This document shows positions 25,240-35,400 of a stretch of DNA of 40,188 bases, one piece after another (within the stretch, counting starts at the first letter, position 1; each line of letters opens with the position of its first letter). The notes under the pieces were generated by a model, which had not been told where the DNA came from, made no database searches, and saw only the letters and a program-made list of their open reading frames with translations. The stretch spans positions 1 through 40,188 of IMG/VR virus record IMGVR_UViG_3300032232_000455; one strand, written 5' to 3'. Both the position numbers and the translations under genes were made by a program. The DNA is from a virus (Duplodnaviria; Caudoviricetes).

Positions 25240-25508
25240 CACTTCACCTTGTCTGCCCAGTACGCTGCGCTCATCTTGCCTTTGGCAATGTTCTTGGCGT
25301 GGCGTGCTTTGAATGATGCTTGACGGGCACTTGGCTTTCTATCGCCAGTTACACCCTGCTGACCAAATCTGATGGTCTTAACTGTGCTGCCTTCTTTGGC
25401 AACTACCACATGTGATTTAGTTGGATGAGAGGGAGTACGCTTTGGTTTGTTAAAACCAGATACTCCCACTCGCTCCAGCCGTGAATCCTTTTTACTTCTT
25501 GGCACCAT
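25236..25508 (-). CDS. Small basic protein
   Basis: KTIRFGQQG...F.ARH...SAAYWA.KVKW. Confidence 0.75.
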   Translation of the reverse strand: MVPRSKKDSRLERVGVSGFNKPKRTPSHPTKSHVVVAKEGSTVKTIRFGQQGVTGDRKPSARQASFKARHAKNIAKGKMSAAYWADKVKW

Positions 25509-25737
25509 TTAGCATCTTTTTAATTGAATTTAATTGGCTTTGAGTAATAGGCATTGTTCGAACAATTTTATCATCAATCGGCAATGGAGCCATTGTTCCA
25601 CGCTTTGCAACATTATCAATAGGCTTCTTCTTGATAGGTTGTACTGTTGCACGCTTTTTTGTAGCCTTTGGGTTTGGTTCAGGAATCATTATTTGTTTAT
25701 TGTTTCCCATACCTGGTTTTGGACTAAATGTTGCCAT
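25492..25737 (-). CDS. Small basic protein
   Basis: ORF track; GAGG RBS. Confidence 0.65.
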   Translation of the reverse strand: MATFSPKPGMGNNKQIMIPEPNPKATKKRATVQPIKKKPIDNVAKRGTMAPLPIDDKIVRTMPITQSQLNSIKKMLNGAKK

Positions 25738-25739
25738 TT

Positions 25740-25931
25740 TTACTTTCCTCTTTTTCTTGTTGGTTTTGATTTGCCTGCTTCTGACAATGCAATAGCGATT
25801 GCTTGTTTACGGTTTTTAACTACTGCTGCCTTCTTTGGACCTTTTGGGTCCTTGCCTGCGTTTAGGGTTCCGCGTTTAAACTCACCCATTACCTTGGCAA
25901 CTTTGTTTTTCTTAGGAGTAGTTTTCTTCAT
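25740..25931 (-). CDS. Small basic protein (DUF6496-like)
   Basis: KVAKVMGEFK.G.L...V.NRKQAIAIALSEA. Confidence 0.75.
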   Translation of the reverse strand: MKKTTPKKNKVAKVMGEFKRGTLNAGKDPKGPKKAAVVKNRKQAIAIALSEAGKSKPTRKRGK

Positions 25932-26091
25932 CCTTGTCATCCTTTTCTGCCATAGGTCCTTCTTCGCCAACGCGGACAATCTTGATATTGTTATACAAGG
26001 CGATGTTTGCCTCTGTTGGAGCAGCGTTAACTGCGCGACCGCCTACACCGTAGGGGTTTACTGAGCCGTAGCATCCACATTTAATGCACAT
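25912..26091 (-). CDS. Hypothetical protein (59 aa, MCIKCGC...)
   Basis: Own translation; fills the gap; GAGG RBS. Confidence 0.65.
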   Translation of the reverse strand: MCIKCGCYGSVNPYGVGGRAVNAAPTEANIALYNNIKIVRVGEEGPMAEKDDKDEENYS

Positions 26092-26093
26092 AA

Positions 26094-26342
26094 TTAGTCC
26101 TCATCTTCATCTTCATAGGGGTCGAACAGTGGTATATCAGTTGGGTTAATTGGCTTAGGAAGAATCCAGTCTGGGTATGAATCTCTATCCATGATGAGTG
26201 TCATACAGATTGACTCAGGAAAACCTGCAGTTTTGAGTGCTTTCCAGTATTCATTAAGAGCAATACAGTACTGCTCTAAAGGCGTGTAGTTGTTATCAAC
26301 AACTTGAACTTTATTACTTGTTGGTTTCTTTCTAGCAGCCAT
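26094..26342 (-). CDS. Hypothetical protein
   Basis: GGAGGAG RBS. Confidence 0.75.
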   Translation of the reverse strand: MAARKKPTSNKVQVVDNNYTPLEQYCIALNEYWKALKTAGFPESICMTLIMDRDSYPDWILPKPINPTDIPLFDPYEDEDED

Positions 26343-26350
26343 GGCTCCTC

Positions 26351-26620
26351 CTATTTGAATGTTCCCGTATTACCGTCAAAGGCTTTGCCAACTTTGTCGG
26401 AAATTCTTACCGCTTCTTGAACTTTTGCCATGCTTGTTCCTGATGGTTGAATACCTTGGGCACGAGCATCTTTATAGGCTTTTAGTTCTGCATCCCACTT
26501 GCTTGTAGACATTGCCACCTTAGAGTTGGCATCGCCTACTCCCATTTCAAGTGTTGTAACTTTGCATCCAAAGCATCCTTCAACATATTCAGGGTGCGTT
26601 TGTCTTTGATGTAAATTCAT
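26351..26620 (-). CDS. Hypothetical protein (H...CFGC motif)
   Basis: ORF track; TAATG coupling. Confidence 0.75.
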   Translation of the reverse strand: MNLHQRQTHPEYVEGCFGCKVTTLEMGVGDANSKVAMSTSKWDAELKAYKDARAQGIQPSGTSMAKVQEAVRISDKVGKAFDGNTGTFK

Positions 26621-26880
26621 TAGATAGCCTCTATGTAAGCGCCGTATCCTTGAGCAGTAAGAGCATCGGCGGTTGCTTGGTCAATAACAGTGACGGTTCC
26701 ACCCATGTACAGTTCTTGTGCAGCAAGGGTTTCTGTCTGACTTGGGTATCGGTAAGAGGAGTAGATACCATTATTCCGCATCACAGTAACACCTCGTGTG
26801 ATTTTGTAACGCTCAAACAATACTCCTTCACCCATTGGAGTTTCCTCAACGGTTGGTGTTGTGAATCTATACTGAGTCAT
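26620..26880 (-). CDS. Hypothetical virion-associated protein
   Basis: AAGGA RBS; directly after the capsid gene. Confidence 0.75.
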   Translation of the reverse strand: MTQYRFTTPTVEETPMGEGVLFERYKITRGVTVMRNNGIYSSYRYPSQTETLAAQELYMGGTVTVIDQATADALTAQGYGAYIEAI

Positions 26881-26901
26881 TGTTTGTCCTTACTAATAAG
26901 T

Positions 26902-26930
26902 GAAGGGGCAGGGCTTTCGCCCCACCCCTC
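26902..26930 (-). terminator. GC-rich hairpin (GAAA tetraloop) after the capsid gene; weak terminator or stabiliser
   Basis: gaggggtggggc-gaaa-gccctgcccctt with a poor U-tract. Confidence 0.6.
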
Positions 26931-26938
26931 CCGCACGA

Positions 26939-28111
26939 TTAAAGTGCAGCGATTGATGAGCCTGATTCAATGCGGTATAGCGCAGCCTCACGGTAGCGGG
27001 AGAAACCAAGTACTCCGTACCATCCGATTGGGCGGAAACGCATCAAGCGGTCAGTCACATTACCAATAACAACGCCTGGCTCTTGAGCCACAGCCTCAGC
27101 CAATGCCTGCTTACCGCAGAGAATTGTTGAGAATACTTCTGTTACTGGTGTAACGGTTACAACAGTTGTTGCTGTGACAGCAGCAGTGTTTGCTGTGTCA
27201 ACAGTAAATGTTGTTGTTGAACCTGATGTTGTGATAGCAGTAATCTTGGCACCAGAAGCGATACCTGTTCCTGCAATCTTGTCGCCAACTTCTGCACGAG
27301 AAGCAATGACGGCTGTTGAAGCAACACCGAATGTAAAGCCTGCTGATGTACCAGCGACTGTTACTGCAGTTGTTGCTAGAGCGGTCTGGTCTGCACCTGA
27401 CTTAGATGAGAACATGCGTGGGTTTTCTACATAGAAAGCACCTTCGTATGTACCGATTGTGCCAGCCCATAGGTTGCCCTGTGACTGTTCTGTGTGAGCG
27501 TGAATGTCACGCCATCCAACATTGCCTGTCTCAGCACGAAGGTCGTGTGAAACTTCTGGGTGAATACCTGCCCAGTATAGGCTTCCCTGACGAGGAACAG
27601 CCTTTCCTGTACGCAACTTTGCAACAGCCTTACGGAGGTTAGCAGAAGTAATTGTATTAGCAGCAGATACTGTTGCTGTTGATGTTACTCCACCTGAGTA
27701 GATAACATTTGTACCCTGACGAAGTGGTGTCTGAGCAATAATGTCCAGAGAGTCCGCCATGTTGTATGCGATGATGTCAGCGATTGCTGGGTCAACATCT
27801 GAAAGTGAGAACAACTCCAACTTGCGAGTTGTAAGTGATGAGTTTCCTTGCTCATTTAGAGTTACAGAAACTGTTGATACATCTGGTAGTGCTACTGCAT
27901 CTACATCAGATGATTCTGATAGAGCAGATGTTGCCGCAGTTAAGTCATTGTAAAGTGAGAATACAACGCTTGAACCTGGCATCGCCTGCTGCACTGGGCG
28001 CTTGTCAGCCACTGCACGAATCATTGGCTGAGCACGAAGTGCGAATTCTACATAACGGTCATACGCTGTTTTGACGAGTCCCGCCATCGAGGTTGTGTCG
28101 TTATTTGCCAT
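26939..28111 (-). CDS. Major capsid protein (HK97 fold, N4 gp56-like) with inserted domain
   Basis: PG..V.F, V.VTL.E.G, IHP.V..DL, D.L.RF..IGWYG motifs; AGGAGG RBS. Confidence 0.88.
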   Translation of the reverse strand: MANNDTTSMAGLVKTAYDRYVEFALRAQPMIRAVADKRPVQQAMPGSSVVFSLYNDLTAATSALSESSDVDAVALPDVSTVSVTLNEQGNSSLTTRKLELFSLSDVDPAIADIIAYNMADSLDIIAQTPLRQGTNVIYSGGVTSTATVSAANTITSANLRKAVAKLRTGKAVPRQGSLYWAGIHPEVSHDLRAETGNVGWRDIHAHTEQSQGNLWAGTIGTYEGAFYVENPRMFSSKSGADQTALATTAVTVAGTSAGFTFGVASTAVIASRAEVGDKIAGTGIASGAKITAITTSGSTTTFTVDTANTAAVTATTVVTVTPVTEVFSTILCGKQALAEAVAQEPGVVIGNVTDRLMRFRPIGWYGVLGFSRYREAALYRIESGSSIAAL

Positions 28112-28150
28112 GTGTTCACCTCCTGGTGATTGGTTGATGTTTTGGGTTAA

Positions 28151-28606
28151 TTAAAATCCAAGGAGTGCATCTAGGTCCTCTTTACTCTTTACACCTGATA
28201 CCTTGGCGAACATGTCCTCATCAATATCTGGCATTGAGCCACTTGATACAACATTGTTCATACGGTTTTGTGCTGAGAGGTCTGGACCTTTTTGTACTGG
28301 CGCTTCATTTGTTTGAGCGGGCTGTACACCAAAGACATCGCCATATTCATCTACCCACGCAGCAATAGATTCCTCAGAGGTATCTACATCTTGTGGTATG
28401 AAAGCAGCAATCTTTGGGTTTAATCCCTTTGCCTGTAATACATCCTTGACAGTGCGTTGACGGGTCTGTGATTTAAGACCACCCAACTCCTGTTCTAGTT
28501 CTTTTGCACGCTTTTCAAGCGCACGATTTACCTTACGGAGTTGAGACACCACATCTGTTGATGTGTCCATGTCATCTTCGTCATCGAACTGGTAATTTGT
28601 AGGCAT
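28151..28606 (-). CDS. Capsid scaffolding protein
   Basis: Acidic N-terminus, coiled coil, immediately upstream of the MCP; ATG 28606 with GGGAG RBS. Confidence 0.75.
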   Translation of the reverse strand: MPTNYQFDDEDDMDTSTDVVSQLRKVNRALEKRAKELEQELGGLKSQTRQRTVKDVLQAKGLNPKIAAFIPQDVDTSEESIAAWVDEYGDVFGVQPAQTNEAPVQKGPDLSAQNRMNNVVSSGSMPDIDEDMFAKVSGVKSKEDLDALLGF

Positions 28607-28729
28607 CAGCCTATCTCCCTTGTTAGTAGTTGTATTCGCAATCCACAATGAAGTTCGGGGAAACTAAATTGGCTATTGCTCCTAGACTTGTACGCCCCCG
28701 TGGGCTAGTCGGTCACGGTGGGGATTTTT

Positions 28730-30340
28730 TTATATGCCTGGTGTTGAACGAAGTGACGAGCCAGTTACTCCTGCTCCACCACCAACACCAAAGCGAGCGC
28801 CTTCGCGCTGTGCTCGTTGTTGTGATGCAAGTATTGCTTCTGGACTTCCATCAATAACAGCCTGTAACGCTTGATTCTCATCGTAAACTTCACCTTCGAT
28901 TCCAGTGAGGCGTGATTGAGTCTGGCGTAATTGTGCTGCTTGACCAAGTGCTTGTTGAAGTTGTTGTGCTGATAGTTTGGCGTAGGCTTCTGTCCCAGCA
29001 ATTTGTTCTGCTTGAGCAGCAGTTATGCCTTCCAACTTAAAGCCCTTCTCACGACCAAAGCCAACAAACTGTGCAGACTTTGCTTGCTTCTGAATAAGAG
29101 CAAGTGCTCTTTCTGGGTCAAGAACATAGGCTGTAATGCCACCTTCTCCAACATTGTAAAACTCTTGTAGTTGTGCTCTAGCACCTGGTGACATAGAACG
29201 AGCCAAATCCTGACCTACCTGTAAGCGGTCTTGGTATTCTTTGGCTGATACTTCTCCGCCAATTAACTTACCAAAGTCATCTGGGTTATCATAGAAACCT
29301 TTTGGCAAATCAAAGAAGCGAGCAGTTTGTGTCATTTGCTTCTCAATATCCATGTATTCTTTTTCGGTAATCGTACGCTTCTTAGTACGAAGTGTTGCCA
29401 TGCCAGGAAAGCGAACTTTATATTCTGGTTGGTCATAAAGTTCAAGGAGTACTGATTCCTCAGAAGCATCTTCCATAATTCGCTTGTCAATAAAAGCAGC
29501 AAGAGTTCCTAAGCCATAACCTTCAAACATAGCCTTAAGGCGGTCTGATGCTTTTTTCTTTGTAGCAAGTGCTGCAGCCTTTGCTTCTGCTTTTTGCTGT
29601 TCAACTAAAGCATTAGTTTTTGCGGTAGCATCAGCAACAGCCTTTGCAACAGCAGCATCAACATCTGCCTGTGTTAAACTTTTATTTCCACCAGCACCGC
29701 CAGTACCACCAGTACCACCTTTTCCACCAGTACCACCAGTACCACCAGTACCACCAGTACCGCCTGTTACACCTTCAACTGTCCCATCGGAATTAGGAAT
29801 AAACCAGTCAACAATATTTCCATCGGAATCTCGCATTGGTCTTGGCTGAACTGCAAGAGCGTTTGCACCTCTTGGGTCACCAGGTTGTGCCTGTGTTTGA
29901 CCACCTATTGCACGACTGCCATACTTTGCTTTGTTTTCTTGATTATTTGGAGCGCGAAAAAGTTTCCATGTTCCGCTATTAGTATCTCCTTGCCATCCGT
30001 AATAAAAAATATATTCTTGATTAGCGGCTGGAGCATCAGGACGGTTTTGAAAATCAAACATAGGGTCAGTCGCTGCGCGACCTTCTGCATCAAGTGCATT
30101 TTTTTCATCGCGTGCCGCTTTAAGATAAGCAGTCTTTTCTGCTTGAGTCATAGAGGCACGCTCTGCTGCAGTAAGTTCAGTGTATGGAGTCATTGCAAGT
30201 TCTTTTGCAGCAGCAACAGAAGCAGCAGTCATTTCAGCCTGTGTCATCTGAGCAGTGTCATTGCGTGGAGCAACAGGAACGCGCCGAGTGCCAGTGGCAC
30301 TATCATCTAGTTGCATTGCATCTGGATTCATTCTAGCCAT
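28730..30340 (-). CDS. Probable internal virion protein
   Basis: 536 aa, helical, GGT repeat linker; between portal and scaffold. Confidence 0.55.
   Translation of the reverse strand: MARMNPDAMQLDDSATGTRRVPVAPRNDTAQMTQAEMTAASVAAAKELAMTPYTELTAAERASMTQAEKTAYLKAARDEKNALDAEGRAATDPMFDFQNRPDAPAANQEYIFYYGWQGDTNSGTWKLFRAPNNQENKAKYGSRAIGGQTQAQPGDPRGANALAVQPRPMRDSDGNIVDWFIPNSDGTVEGVTGGTGGTGGTGGTGGKGGTGGTGGAGGNKSLTQADVDAAVAKAVADATAKTNALVEQQKAEAKAAALATKKKASDRLKAMFEGYGLGTLAAFIDKRIMEDASEESVLLELYDQPEYKVRFPGMATLRTKKRTITEKEYMDIEKQMTQTARFFDLPKGFYDNPDDFGKLIGGEVSAKEYQDRLQVGQDLARSMSPGARAQLQEFYNVGEGGITAYVLDPERALALIQKQAKSAQFVGFGREKGFKLEGITAAQAEQIAGTEAYAKLSAQQLQQALGQAAQLRQTQSRLTGIEGEVYDENQALQAVIDGSPEAILASQQRAQREGARFGVGGGAGVTGSSLRSTPGI
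29688..29764. repeat. 9-bp coding tandem repeat (accaccagt; Gly-Gly-Thr)
   Basis: Visible tandem units encoding GGTGGTGG. Confidence 0.9.
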
Positions 30341-31323
30341 TAGATAGCCGCCATTCCAAATTTAGTAAGTATGCCAGTTCCCCACTTGTCATAGGTCTTT
30401 GTAGCATTTTCTGTGTACTGCCAACGCTCATCTGCCTTGATAAGTTTCTCAGCATCCCATGATGGACGAGCAACAACCTTGCCAGTTTTTTCATCAACCA
30501 TAGTAAAGATTTTTCCGTCTTTCCATAGTGGGTCATTCCAGTCAAGGTCATCCTCATTAAGTTCCAATAGGTCAGCCCACTTCTTACGCTGTGATGCTGT
30601 TACATCCCAAAGGGTACGACCTACTGCAAAGTCATCAGCAAACATTGGATAAAGCAAAGCCTGCTTATCACGAATCTCTTTTTTAATCTGGTCTGGTGTA
30701 GAACGAGAGCGAAGTCCACCTTCGGTTACTTCGCCAATAAGACGGCGCTGGTAATCTTTTCTAGTTGTATCGCTTAAGGTAAAGCCCATAAGTTGTCCAT
30801 ACTCAGCCAAGTCTTGTACTGACTTCTCGTAAGCACCACCACTAATTTTGTTAACAATATCGGCATTACCAATGATTGTGTTCTCAATGTAGTCCTCATC
30901 CCAACCATTGAGGAATGATGTCTCTGCTAAGCCTTCTAGGTAATCGGCAACAGTCGGGTCATTAACATCTAAGCCGATGGCTGTAGCAAGACCAGAAATA
31001 GTAATCTTGTACTGGTTGACCTTTTGGCTATAGTACTTCTCACCAAACTTGTAGCGTGCAGCAACATTAGCAGCAACAGTTGGTCCATTATCCAGGTACC
31101 AAGAACTGCTGGTAATCATATCTACAATGGCATCAACCGTTGTATTAAAACTACCATCTGGATTCTTTACTGAATCATAGATATTTCTAAGTTCAGGAAC
31201 ATTCTTAAGTAAATTAACAATCCAAGTTGTCATGCTTGGAATTGACTTGTCAGCCTTGCTAACATTGAATGGGTCTGCAGCACTTGCTGCGGCAATGCCA
31301 GTTAGGGTTGTTGTATCTGCCAT
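30340..31323 (-). CDS. Probable internal virion protein
   Basis: Coupled operon, helical composition. Confidence 0.55.
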   Translation of the reverse strand: MADTTTLTGIAAASAADPFNVSKADKSIPSMTTWIVNLLKNVPELRNIYDSVKNPDGSFNTTVDAIVDMITSSSWYLDNGPTVAANVAARYKFGEKYYSQKVNQYKITISGLATAIGLDVNDPTVADYLEGLAETSFLNGWDEDYIENTIIGNADIVNKISGGAYEKSVQDLAEYGQLMGFTLSDTTRKDYQRRLIGEVTEGGLRSRSTPDQIKKEIRDKQALLYPMFADDFAVGRTLWDVTASQRKKWADLLELNEDDLDWNDPLWKDGKIFTMVDEKTGKVVARPSWDAEKLIKADERWQYTENATKTYDKWGTGILTKFGMAAI

Positions 31324-32480
31324 TATGGTCTAACCCCCAATGCTTTCTCAAGTGCGTTACCAAATACATTTGCTGTTTGGAATTCTGCGTATAGTGGGTC
31401 TTTCTTAGCAAGTTCTAATGCTGCAGCAGTAGCCTCTGCTTCACCGTAACCTGGTGTAGTAACAGGAACCATTTTTCCTTTAATTTTCTTATACTCAGTC
31501 TTTGTAGGTGTTGCCATCTGGCGAGCCTTAACACGCTCAGCAAATGCTGCAGCCTGCTCATCTCCTACGATACGACCTGCTTCTTGTTCTCTTGCAGCCT
31601 TGTATACAGACTTAACATTCTCTGGCTTAAGTAGGTTAACTGAGTATGTTGTCTCGTAATCCTTACCGCCACCGCCCCATAGTCCGCGTTGGATGTCAAG
31701 TAGTTGATAAGGACTTAACTTCTGTCCTTGACGACCAGCATCTTGTGATGCCTGTCCCCATGCTTCCCACTGTTGTTTAAGTTCAGCCAAGCCCGCGCTT
31801 GCGCTAACTACACCAGCAGATACAAGTGTTGCCTTCCATTGAGCCAAAGCCTTTGGGTCTGCAATAGGAAACTGATTCTTCCAGTCTGTTAGTGAAACAG
31901 AATCTGTAGTAGTGCTTACAAAGCGTGAGCCTTCATACTTACCAATTTTTACAGGTTTTCCTGTATAAACACCAGCAGTTCCAGTGTATACATTTCCACT
32001 GTTAAGTATTGCGCCAAGGTTAAAGTTTGGGTTCTTAAAAAGTTGTTGCCCAGCAGCAGTCTGTGCAAGGGCGTTAATGTCTCCACCTGCAGCCTCATAT
32101 TGCGCTGCTTGGAACATTAAGTCTGCATTTGCTTGGGCTGTTACATCAGGTGTACCTGATTCTCCGCCACCGCTAAATGCTAATCCACCAACACCAAGTG
32201 CTGCCCCACCAAGAAGTGCTTGTTTCTTTGTTGGCTTCTTTGCTGTTTTAGCAAGACCAGTAATAGCCTTTGCACCCTGTGCTACTCCCTGTCCTACTGA
32301 AGTACTAGCAATATACTTCCCTAATTTTGTGGCAGCAGCGCGAGTAATCAATCCACCAGCCAAGCCACCTTCAAGTATTTGAGGGTTGTCAATAACTTGT
32401 TTTGCGGTATTACGAAGTTTAGTCTCTGACCAATTAGGATTTTCATCTTTAAGTATCTGATATATTACTTTTTCGTCCAT
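31323..32480 (-). CDS. Probable internal virion protein
   Basis: Ala/Gly-rich with a hydrophobic segment (LLGGAALGVGGLAF). Confidence 0.55.
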   Translation of the reverse strand: MDEKVIYQILKDENPNWSETKLRNTAKQVIDNPQILEGGLAGGLITRAAATKLGKYIASTSVGQGVAQGAKAITGLAKTAKKPTKKQALLGGAALGVGGLAFSGGGESGTPDVTAQANADLMFQAAQYEAAGGDINALAQTAAGQQLFKNPNFNLGAILNSGNVYTGTAGVYTGKPVKIGKYEGSRFVSTTTDSVSLTDWKNQFPIADPKALAQWKATLVSAGVVSASAGLAELKQQWEAWGQASQDAGRQGQKLSPYQLLDIQRGLWGGGGKDYETTYSVNLLKPENVKSVYKAAREQEAGRIVGDEQAAAFAERVKARQMATPTKTEYKKIKGKMVPVTTPGYGEAEATAAALELAKKDPLYAEFQTANVFGNALEKALGVRP

Positions 32481-32484
32481 AGTC

Positions 32485-35400
32485 CTATCCCAATGTCACA
32501 GGGTCATTTTGCAAGAAGCGGTTATAGAAATCTTCAAACTCAGGTGAGCCTTGAAGTAGTTGAGCGATTGTCTGATTCCACAAACCATCAAGGTCTGCAT
32601 TGTCTTTTGCTGCAAGAGTTGATGACATTCCGTATGCTTTACGGCTTGCTAACTCTCGTGCGACTTGTGTGCGTAGATTTAGATAAACACCCATAGCCTG
32701 AACAACAGGGCGTTGGCTATTTTCTTTCATCCATGTAGGGTCGCTTAGCATGGTACGCATAGACTCCATGCGATATACCCACTTGCCACGGTCTACACTG
32801 TAGTAATCTGCAGCCCAATCTTTGTTACGGTTAGTCATGTCAGCAACCATCATCTGCTTAAGAGTCTGTAACTCCTCAGCACCTGATTCATTGTAAGAGT
32901 TATAGCCTTGTGCAAATAGTTGTGAGTCAAGAAGGTTCATGTTCTTGCGGAACTCAATCCAACCCATCTTGACATTGGCATCCTTTTTCAAGTCTGCTGG
33001 GTTACGGCGACCACGGTAGTTCTCTGTAGAACCAGGAACAGGGGCATTGCCATACTGCCATGCATAGACCGCCTCTGAGAAGTCATACTTGCCATCAGGG
33101 TCATTGACCAAGAAGCCAATCATCTCAGGTGTAGTCTGACCAATCTTGCCAATCAAACCGCTGTACTTTTGGATGTTCTTAAATGCAGCCTGTGATGCGT
33201 TAGCACCAGTTGGGTTGTATGAAGAACTAACCAAAGCAGCGCCCATTTCAGGGTACATCTCAAGGAATAAAGACTCTGCATCCTGTCCGTATACTTGCTG
33301 TAAACGGCGGAACTGCTGTGTGTAGAAACTCAATGGTGAGTCGTACTGTGCAGCAAATGGCATTACCAAGTTAGAAAGCATCTTAACTCGGTACATGTTA
33401 TCTGCTAATGTTTTAATTTCACCCAGTTCAGGAAGTGTATTGCGCTCGCCAAGGTTAAAACGAATTAACTCATAGCGGTAAACAGTATTAAATGTACGGC
33501 TCCACGCTTCATCTTGACCCTTGAGAGAGATAAGTTTTTGCGCTGCAGGTGGGAACAACTGGCGTAAAGAACTCTCTTGTGGACCAAATGGAAGCACAGG
33601 AAGAACTGTTGATGTAACCAAATCTTCTAGGTCTGGCTTCATCTTAACCAGTTCATTAACTGGAATAGTTACAATAGGACCAAATCCTGCAATCGCTTCA
33701 CCTTGGAACAAGATGTCAAGGCTTCGTACTGGAATAGACATTTGTGTTCCTGATGAACGCAGTGCCTCTGCCATTCCTTTACCCCAACCTGGGATAAGGC
33801 TAACTGCCTGAATTGCACCTTCTGGCATAGGTAGGACAATCTTGTTGTCATAACTAAACTCAGTAGTTGGGTTTCCATCTTCATCAACCACATTTGGCTG
33901 GTTACGCAGAGAAGAAATAACCTGTCCTGCACGGGCTGCAACTGCTGGATTATCCTTAGTAAGTCCATACCAACGGCGAATAGTGTTTTCCCATGCGTTA
34001 AAGAACGGCATAATGAAACGCATCTTTTCGCCTGCGTATGACTTACGAATAATAGTAAATAGTGTGCTGTTAACTTCCTTGCGTGTAGCCTCAATAACCT
34101 GCATGCGTAGGTTGTTAATCTCATCAACAGTAAGTTCAGCGGCATCGCCTTCGTTTAAACGCTTTGTAGCAAGAGCAATGTTTAAACGGTTCTTATACTC
34201 AGAGCGATAAATTTGACGGGCTAGTGGGTGACGAGCCACTGTTGTTTCAGGCAATGAGCCAAGAAAGTGGAACGCACGCTCTACAACCTTACTCATACCC
34301 TCACGCCAGTTAGCCGCTTCTGGGCTTGTAGGCACGATACGACCAATAATGTCTGGCATATCTGGGTTATCCATAAAGTGTGTACGCAAAAATTGCTCAG
34401 TTGCTTCACCATTACGGAAGGCTTCCTGTACTTGGCGGTCTGGAAGGTAGCGGTTATATGCGCTATAAAGTTCGCCAACAAAATCTTCTGCATCCATAGA
34501 TACATTTAAACGCTCTGACATTACCTTGATACCAGGTACATCAATGTTGAACTTGCGAGCATAGGCAATGTTCTCTGGCTTACGCAACCATGCAACAGCC
34601 TGCTCTGGCTTCATTCCATTAAGGAACATTTCAATCATTGGGTCAATGCGACCATCAGGTGAGCGGAAGAATGTGTTAAGTTGATTCGCATAACCTGTGT
34701 AGTACTCAGGCATCTTAGGTGTAAGACGAGCCTCAGTGAAGTTTGTATGCTCAGCAGCAAACAACTGTGATGGATGGTCTACGAATCGGCGGTAAGACTC
34801 TGCGCTATCTGTACGAGATAAGAGAATATTTCCTAGTTCGCCACGGTAGGCATCATCAATCTCAACAACTGTTCCGTCAAATAAAGTTTCTTGGCGGCGA
34901 CCTGTGCCCTGAATAGCACGAGGTGCTGCCATCTTTCCTTCTTCAACAAGGCGTGCATCTAGTCTAGTTAGCAGACCATTCATGTCACGCTTTGCTGCAG
35001 CCTGCCCATCGGCAAACTCACGAACAAGGGCTACAAGCCCGTCTGTTGGATACTTTCTTGTACTGAGGATGGCTTCGAGTTCGCTAATGCGTTTTCCAAA
35101 GCCCTCTGTGCCAATAACTCGGCGAACGCCTTGCGCTCCTCTTGGGACATTTCCTGCACTGGCTTTGGTGCCTTGACCCAATGCAAACTCTGCTGTGGCA
35201 TCTACATCTCCTGTACCTTGTGTGTTAATAGTAGCATTATCCCAGTCTTTTCTTTTAATTGCGGCAAGGTCGGCAACACTCTTTTGGTTTCTGTCAAGTC
35301 CTAGTCTAGCAGCCTTTACTTTATCTACAATAACATTTGTAGGCTCAGCCCAAATATGTGGCACGCCGTCAATATCTTCTACCCAAGTGCCAAAGTGGTC

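Noticed and set aside
25534-26064. 176-aa + strand ORF (also 16501..16938, 29885..30310 and other antisense ORFs)
   Set aside because: Antisense to well-coupled - strand genes; no RBS and implausible composition
30530-31890. Additional GACTGGA(A) matches inside late genes (e.g. ~30537, ~31879 on -) as sRNA targets
   Set aside because: They are Asp-Trp codons deep within CDSs, not at initiation regions; treated as background
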